From the NCBI GenBank assembly GCA_051313645.2, contig JBNRSN020000190.1:558001-622000 (forward strand): a DNA stretch of 64,000 bases. The letters run 5' to 3'. Shown piece after piece: positions 57,948 through 64,000 of the stretch. Within the stretch, counting starts at the first letter, position 1, and each line of letters begins with the position of its first letter. Position numbers and translations under genes: made by a program. Source of the DNA: Centroscyllium fabricii. Taxonomy: Eukaryota. Under the pieces are notes generated by a model. The model was not told the origin of the DNA. It saw only the letters and a list, made by a program, of their open reading frames with translations, and ran no database searches.

Positions 57948-60900
57948 TGTTGAGGCCTGCAAGGCTGAAGGACCACGCTGGACACAGAGAGGTTGAATGC
58001 AGAGTTTTTATTAACTACTTGTTACAGCTAGGGCCAGGTAGGGAGAAAGAGAGAGAGCCACCTGGCTCTCAGATATTTAAAGGTCCCGCGGCTGGGGACG
58101 TCACTGCCGGCTGGCCACCTGGTGACGTCATCACGTCGGGGAAGTCCGTGCGTCCTCCGACGGGCGGGGCCGCTTTGCAGCCTTCCCAGCGCGGGTTCGT
58201 GGCTGCCGGTGGGCGTGTCGCCACACAGCTCCCCCCCAGAATCCGCGAGGGGAAGTGTAGTTTCCTAGAGGAGAGGGAGACAAAAAGGAGAGCAGACACA
58301 CATTTCGATTACACACAGAATGTCCGACAGTTTGCCGCAATGGCCTGGTGTTGTGGCCGGCAGTTGTTGTGTGCTGTTCCGTGGTTCGAAAGATGGTGTT
58401 GTGGCGGGCCGTCTATGCTCTGCCCGTGTCGCCTCAGGCGAGGCGCTTAGGTGGCCTGATGGTACGGCCGGCACGTGTGATGTGTTGCTTGTTGGTCTGT
58501 GTGGGAGTGTGGGCGGGTTTTGGTGCGGTAGGGCGGCCGCGTTTAGGTGGTTGTGCGGGGACTGTTGTCTCGCCCGCCATTACGTGTGCTGGTTTGAGCC
58601 GGTCAATGGATACGGTCTCAGTTCTGTTGCCCATTTGAATGTCAAAAGTCTTGGGTCCCGCCCGAAGCACTCTGAATGGCCCGTCGTACGGTGCCTGCAG
58701 CGGTGCTTTGTGAGAGTCATGGCGGACAAACACGTACTTGGCGTCCTGAATGGTGTTGGGGACGCGTGTCGCCGGTTGACCGTGGCGGGCCACCGGAAGT
58801 GGTTTGAATTCTGCTGCCTGGTTGTTGAATTCCCTGAGGCAGCGCTCGGCCGACCAGGGTTCGTTTGTTTCTGCGACGAACTCGCCTGGTACGGTTAGTG
58901 GTTGGCCGTAAACGAGTTCGGCTGCCGAGGCGTGTAGATCTTCTTTGGCCGCTGTGCGGAGGCCGAGCATTACCCAGGGCAGGCGGTCCGTCCAGGTTGC
59001 GTCCTGGAGGCTGGCCCGCAGGGATGTTTTAAAAGTTCGGTGGAACCGTTCGCAGAGGCCGTTGGCTTGCGGGTGGTAGGCAGTGGTTCGGTGCAGGGTT
59101 ACCCCAAGGTCGTGAGCGATGGTTGACCATAGAGTTGAAGTGAATTGGGGGCCCCTGTCTGAAGTAATGTCGTTGGGGACGCCGAAGCGGGCGACCCAGG
59201 TGGCGATGAAGGCCCTGGCCAGTTCGGCGGTGGTGGTCGTGTTGAGGGGGACCGCTTCAGGCCAGCGGGTGGTGCGGTCGACCATTGTGAGGAGGTACAA
59301 GTGTCCACGTGATGGGGGTAGTGGTCCAACCAGGTCGATGTGCACGTGGCTGAAGCGTCTGGCTGGGATGGCGATTGGTTGGAGCGGTGCTTTGATGTGT
59401 TTGTGCACCTTGGCTCGCTGGCAGGCATTGCACGAGGTGGTCCAGGCGCGGACATCTTGTTTTAGGCCGCGCCAAACGAATCGCGCAGAGATGAGCTTGG
59501 TGGATGCGCGGACGCCGGGGTGGGAGAGGCCGTGGAGGGTCTGGAAGATGTGCTGCCTCCACGCGAGGGGCACCACGGGCCTGGGTTGGGGCAGGGTGAC
59601 GTCGCAGCGGACCGCCGTGGCTGTGGGTCCGTGTGCTACGGTGGGCAAGAGTAGGCCGGGAAGTTTGTTGGTGGGGTCGAGGAGGTCGGGATCGCTGAGT
59701 TGGTCGGCCGCCATTTTGACGTAGTCGACCGCGGTCTGGACAGTGTTGGTGGTTGGGAATGCGCAGCAGTGTGCGCAGGCGCGGTTGGTGGCTGGGGTTG
59801 GGGGGTGGTCGGCGGTTTGGGTGCCGGTTGTGCCTGCGCTGCTGATGGCGGGGCCCGCGGGGTGGTCGGGGTTGGGCTTGTGAATGGCGGGTCGTGAGAG
59901 GCAGTCGGCGACCACGTTGTCGCGGCCGGCAATGTGCTGGATGTCGGTCGTGAACTCGGACACGGCCGCGAGCTGGCGCTGCTGCCTGGCCGACCAGGGT
60001 TCGGAGAGCTTAGCCATTGCGGAGACTAATGGTTTGTGGTCCACAAATGCTGTAAAGTGGCGGCCCTCTAAAAGGAAGCGGAAGTGGCGCACTGCGAGGT
60101 AGAGAGCGAGTAGCTCCCTATCGAAGGCGCTGTACTTGACCTCTGGGGGCCGGAGGCGGCGGCTGAAAAAGGCCAGTGGTTGCCATGAGTCGCCCGACCA
60201 CTGCTCGAAGACTGCTCCGACAGCGTGGTCGGAGGCGTCGGTGGTGAGGGCTACTCTGGCGTTGGGCCTGGGGTGGCTGAGGAGGGTGGCTTTGGCAAGG
60301 GCCGTTTTGGTTGCGGTGAAAGCGGTGGCGGCTTCGGCCGTCCACTCGACCGCGGTCTTGTTGGATTGCCCGTGGGTGGCCTGGTAGAGGGGGGCCATGA
60401 GGGCGGCTGCGCCGGGGATGAAACGGTTGTAAAAATTAACCATTCCAAGGAATTCCTGCAGCCCCTTGATGGAGTGCGGGCGGGGGAATTCCTGGACCGC
60501 CTGCACCTTGGAGGGCAGGGGTATGGCCCCGGTGTGGGAGATGTGGTGGCCGAGGAAGTCAATAGCCTCGAGGCCGAATCGGCACTTGGAGGGGCTTAAT
60601 ATGAGGCCGTGGTCGGCCAGGCGTTTAAAAAGGGTTCTGAGGTGGATGAGGTGTTCCCGGGGGGAGGCGCTGGCCACCAGGATGTCGTCGAGATAGACGA
60701 ATGTGAACTGGAGGTCCCGGAGGACTGAGTCCATGAGGCGCTGGAAAGCCTGGGCCGCGTTTTTGAGTCCGAAGGGCATCCGGAGAAATTCAAATAGGCC
60801 GAATGGGGTGATGACGGCTGTCTTAGGGACATCCGCCGGGTGCACTGGAACTTGGTGGTAGCCCCGTACCAGGTCGATCTTTGAAAAGACCGTGCAGCCG

Positions 60901-62755
60901 GCTAGCCTCACGGAAAAATCCTGGATGTGGGGGACTGGGTACCTATCCGGGGTGGTGGCGTTGTTGAGGCGGCGGTAGTCTCCGCAGGGGCGCCAGCCGC
61001 CATCGGGTTTAGGGGCAATGTGGAGGGGGGAGGCCCAGGGGCTGCTGGAGCGGCGGATGATGCCGAGCTGTTCCATGATGTGAAACTCGGCTCGAGCGAT
61101 CTCTAGCTTGGCCGGGTCCAGCCTGCGTGCGTGGGCGTGGACCGGGGGGCCTGTGGTGGTGATGTGGTGCTCTACGCCGTGCTTGGCGGAGCGGGCTGTG
61201 AAGGTGGGGTTGGTTAGGGTGGGGAACTCGGCGAGCAGCGTGGCGTACGTGTCGGAGTTGCGGGCCCGGCAGTGAGCTGCCGCGTGGGTCTGGTGTGCTG
61301 GGGCTGTGGAGCACGGAATGGTCGACATGATTTGGATGTCGACCAGGCGGCGCCGGGTAACATCGACAAGGAGCCCGTGGGCGCACAGAAAGTCGGCTCC
61401 GAGTAGGGGCGTGTTAACCTGCGCGGTGATGAAGTCCCACGTATACCTGTGGCCTGCTAGTTTAATGGTAAGCTGGCGGGTACCGAACGTGAGTATCTCG
61501 GAGCCGTTTGCGGCTTCGAGTGGTGGGCCTTGGGTGCCCTGCTTGGATTCTGCGGGGGAGGCTGGCACGATGCTGTGCTGCGCGCCTGTGTCGCAGAGGA
61601 AACGGAGGCCTGAGACACTGTCTGTAACGAAGAGCAGCGCTCCGGAGCGGCCGACGCACATGGTGGGGCTGGGGCAGGTTTGGGGTTTGAAGTTGCAGGG
61701 CGGAACGCAGCGCTGCGCTTTGGCCTCAAACCTGGTATGGTAGTAGCACCAGCCGGTTGCTGCGGTGCGTGGCTTTTTGTGGGTCCGCGCGGCTCTGAGT
61801 TGGGGCCGGGGTTGTGGTTGGTGCTGCTCTTGTTGAGCGGCAGCGTGGCGGTGCATGGTGGCGCGGGTGCGCTCGGCCTTAATGAGCTTGTCTGCCTCCT
61901 GAGCTAGCTGCCTGTTTGAGAGGTGCTCCAAGACCGTCAGTGTCGGTCTGATGGAGGGCGGCAGCTTAAGGAGGTAGAGGGCGCGCTTAAGGGTGTCTGA
62001 GTCGCGATTAAGCGCCTCGAACTGGGCCCACAAGTCGGTGGGGTCTGCATCTCCCAGGTCGGGGAGGTTAATGACCTGGCAATCGCGCTCGAAAATGGTT
62101 GGGGTAAATTTTGCGAGCAGCGCGGCCTTTAGCGATTCGTACCTGCCAGCAGAAGTGTCTTCCTCGATGGTGTCCCACATTCTGTCGATGGTGGACTGTG
62201 CGAGGGCTGCGAAGAGCAGGCTGTAGCGGTCGTCTGCGTGCACGCCATGAATGCGGAAGGTGTTCTCGGTGTTGCGAAACCAAGCCGCTGGACGGAGCTC
62301 CCAGAATTGTGGTATGGTTGGGACCGGGAGGTAAACTTGGCCCCGTCTGCCTTGGCGTGCTGAGTCGGTTGCTGCTGGCATGGTGGTAGCGATTCGGCTG
62401 CGGCAGCTTGTCCCTCAGTCCTGCAGTGGCTGCTTCATTGTTCCCCTGAGAAACGTCTCAGGTATCGGGGTCACCAGTGTTGAGGCCTGCAAGGCTGAAG
62501 GACCACGCTGGACACAGAGAGGTTGAATGCAGAGTTTTTATTAACTACTTGTTACAGCTAGGGCCAGGTAGGGAGAAAGAGAGAGAGCCACCTGGCTCTC
62601 AGATATTTAAAGGTCCCGCGGCTGGGGACGTCACTGCCGGCTGGCCACCTGGTGACGTCATCACGTCGGGGAGGTCCGTGCATCCTCCGACGGGCGGGGC
62701 CGCTTTGCAGCCTTCCCAGCGCGGGTTCGTGGCTGCCGGTGGGCGTGTCGCCACA
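57948..62755 (-). mobile_element. Ty3/Gypsy group B copy 6 (intact)
   Basis: 278-bp LTRs 57948-58225 and 62478-62755 with 2 differences by eye. 4-bp TSD CTCT. PBS TGGTGACCCCGA (tRNA-Trp type; 62465-62476). PPT TGGGGGGGAGC. Confidence 0.98.
58434..62381 (-). CDS. gag-pol: Gag-Pol polyprotein, 1315 aa, uninterrupted
   Basis: IPQFWELRPAAWF gag motif, CYYHTRF..C..PC, LCDTGA, YLDD, RNase H, HHCC/DDE integrase, PYDGPF. Confidence 0.96.
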   Translation of the reverse strand: MPAATDSARQGRRGQVYLPVPTIPQFWELRPAAWFRNTENTFRIHGVHADDRYSLLFAALAQSTIDRMWDTIEEDTSAGRYESLKAALLAKFTPTIFERDCQVINLPDLGDADPTDLWAQFEALNRDSDTLKRALYLLKLPPSIRPTLTVLEHLSNRQLAQEADKLIKAERTRATMHRHAAAQQEQHQPQPRPQLRAARTHKKPRTAATGWCYYHTRFEAKAQRCVPPCNFKPQTCPSPTMCVGRSGALLFVTDSVSGLRFLCDTGAQHSIVPASPAESKQGTQGPPLEAANGSEILTFGTRQLTIKLAGHRYTWDFITAQVNTPLLGADFLCAHGLLVDVTRRRLVDIQIMSTIPCSTAPAHQTHAAAHCRARNSDTYATLLAEFPTLTNPTFTARSAKHGVEHHITTTGPPVHAHARRLDPAKLEIARAEFHIMEQLGIIRRSSSPWASPLHIAPKPDGGWRPCGDYRRLNNATTPDRYPVPHIQDFSVRLAGCTVFSKIDLVRGYHQVPVHPADVPKTAVITPFGLFEFLRMPFGLKNAAQAFQRLMDSVLRDLQFTFVYLDDILVASASPREHLIHLRTLFKRLADHGLILSPSKCRFGLEAIDFLGHHISHTGAIPLPSKVQAVQEFPRPHSIKGLQEFLGMVNFYNRFIPGAAALMAPLYQATHGQSNKTAVEWTAEAATAFTATKTALAKATLLSHPRPNARVALTTDASDHAVGAVFEQWSGDSWQPLAFFSRRLRPPEVKYSAFDRELLALYLAVRHFRFLLEGRHFTAFVDHKPLVSAMAKLSEPWSARQQRQLAAVSEFTTDIQHIAGRDNVVADCLSRPAIHKPNPDHPAGPAISSAGTTGTQTADHPPTPATNRACAHCCAFPTTNTVQTAVDYVKMAADQLSDPDLLDPTNKLPGLLLPTVAHGPTATAVRCDVTLPQPRPVVPLAWRQHIFQTLHGLSHPGVRASTKLISARFVWRGLKQDVRAWTTSCNACQRAKVHKHIKAPLQPIAIPARRFSHVHIDLVGPLPPSRGHLYLLTMVDRTTRWPEAVPLNTTTTAELARAFIATWVARFGVPNDITSDRGPQFTSTLWSTIAHDLGVTLHRTTAYHPQANGLCERFHRTFKTSLRASLQDATWTDRLPWVMLGLRTAAKEDLHASAAELVYGQPLTVPGEFVAETNEPWSAERCLREFNNQAAEFKPLPVARHGQPATRVPNTIQDAKYVFVRHDSHKAPLQAPYDGPFRVLRAGPKTFDIQMGNRTETVSIDRLKPAHVMAGETTVPAQPPKRGRPTAPKPAHTPTQTNKQHITRAGRTIRPPKRLA

Positions 62756-64000
62756 CTCTGCACGTTTACTCTATCGATCCCCTTCATCATTTTAAACATC
62801 TCTATTAAGTCCCCCCTCTTCCTTCTCCATTCCAGGGAGAAGAGTCCCAGCTCCCTCAACCTCTCCTCGTACGACTTTCCCCCCATTCCCGGCAGCATCC
62901 TGGTGAATCTCCTCTGCACCCTCTCCAGCGCCTCCACATCTCTCCTGTAGTACGGTGCCCAGAACTGCACACAGTACTCCAAGTGTGGTCTCACCAGTGA
63001 CCTGTACAGCTGTAGCATGACCTCCCGGTTCTTAAACTCTATTCCCCTGTTGATGAAGGCCAATACACCAAAGGCCTTTTTTACTGCCTTGTCCACCTGG
63101 GTGGCAGCCTTCAATGATCTGTGTACATATACTCCCAGATCCCTTTGCTCCTCTGCTTCACTCAGGACCCTGCCGTTGACCCTATATTCCCTCTTCCTAT
63201 TTGCCCTACCGAAGTGCATCACCTCGCATTTCCCCGTGTTGAACTCCATTTGCCATTCTTCAGCCCAGCTCTGCATCCTATCTATATCCCTCTGAATCTT
63301 TCTACTTCCTTCCTCCTCATCCACTACTCCCCCAATCTTTGTGTCATCTGCAAATTTGCTGACCCACCCCTCAGTCCCCTCCTCCAAGTCATTGATAAAG
63401 ATTACAAATAGCAGTGGCACCAACACCGACCCCTGTGGTACCCCACTGGTGACCGGTCTCCAACCCGAGTGTTGGCCCTCTACCACTACCCTCTGCTTCC
63501 TCTGAGCCAGCCAGTTCTCAATCCATCCCACCACTTTGTTGTTTACCCCGCAACTCCTTACTTTCTTCATGAGTCGACCGTGCGGGACCTTGTCGAACGC
63601 CTTGCTGAAGTCCATATATATGACATCAACCGCCTTTCCCTCATCCACACACTTGGTCACCTCTTCAAAGAATTCTATCAGGTTGGTCAGGCACGATTTG
63701 CCCTTAACGAATCCGTGCTGACTGCTCCTGATTAATTTGCCCCTTTCTAGATGGTCGTAGATCCTGTCCCTCAGGACCCTTTCCATCACCTTTCCGACCA
63801 CCGAGGTAAGGCTGACTGGTCTGTAGTTCCCTGGCACGTCCCTGCTCCCCTTTTTAAATATGGGAACCACATTCGCCTCTCTCCAGTCCTCAGGGACTAT
63901 CCCCGAGGATAGCGAGGAACTAAAGATAGAGGTCAGTGGCTCTGCGATTTCGTTCCTCGCTTCCCAGAGAATCCTTGGATATATCCCGTCCAGCCCAGGA

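Larger units (their letters stand above)
57638..64000 (-). mobile_element. CR1 LINE (ORF2 RT region and 3' end), interrupted by Gypsy copy 6 and running off the window
   Basis: ORF 63870-62756: NYRPVSLTS, QHGF, DFSKAFD, GVPQGSVL, FADD. Continues at 57947 (RLFPQVGRTTTRGH..FFTQRVVGEWNRLP). (TTCTATG)n tail at 57638-57663. Confidence 0.95.

Noticed and set aside
62599-63870. 423-aa CR1-LTR fusion protein
   Set aside because: The CR1 frame simply runs into the inserted LTR until the first stop.

Overview
Eukaryotic, repeat-saturated genomic DNA, most likely from a cartilaginous fish (inferred from V-SINE/HE1-like and Deu-domain SacSINE1-like SINEs plus CR1, L2 and Rex1/Babar LINE debris). No host protein-coding gene is recognisable. 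The window holds six Ty3/Gypsy LTR retrotransposons with readable LTRs and TSDs, in two lineages. Group A (1763-6878 -, 10484-15561 +, 25239-29995 +, 48991-56882 +, plus a solo LTR at 46084-46269) has 5-bp TSDs, RT motif Y(L/F)DN instead of YxDD, and no tRNA primer-binding site. Group B (50781-55205 +, nested in a group A copy; 57948-62755 -, nested in a CR1) has 4-bp TSDs, YLDD and a tRNA-Trp PBS. Also present: a decayed hAT/Charlie-Buster transposon, MITEs, several minisatellites, a 172-nt assembly gap and a ~26-kb inverted duplication (arms ~15600-23984 and ~32802-41925) with a third partial copy in its spacer. The most notable signal is in group A. In each of the three copies with an intact 5' end, the 13-14 nt at the PBS position is the perfect reverse complement of that element's own LTR segment spanning the poly(A) signal, with compensatory changes between families and extra pairing over the gag AUG. 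All four copies also carry a conserved hairpin over the PPT. This points to a tRNA-independent self-priming and/or poly(A)-occluding RNA switch. All alignments and counts were made by eye.
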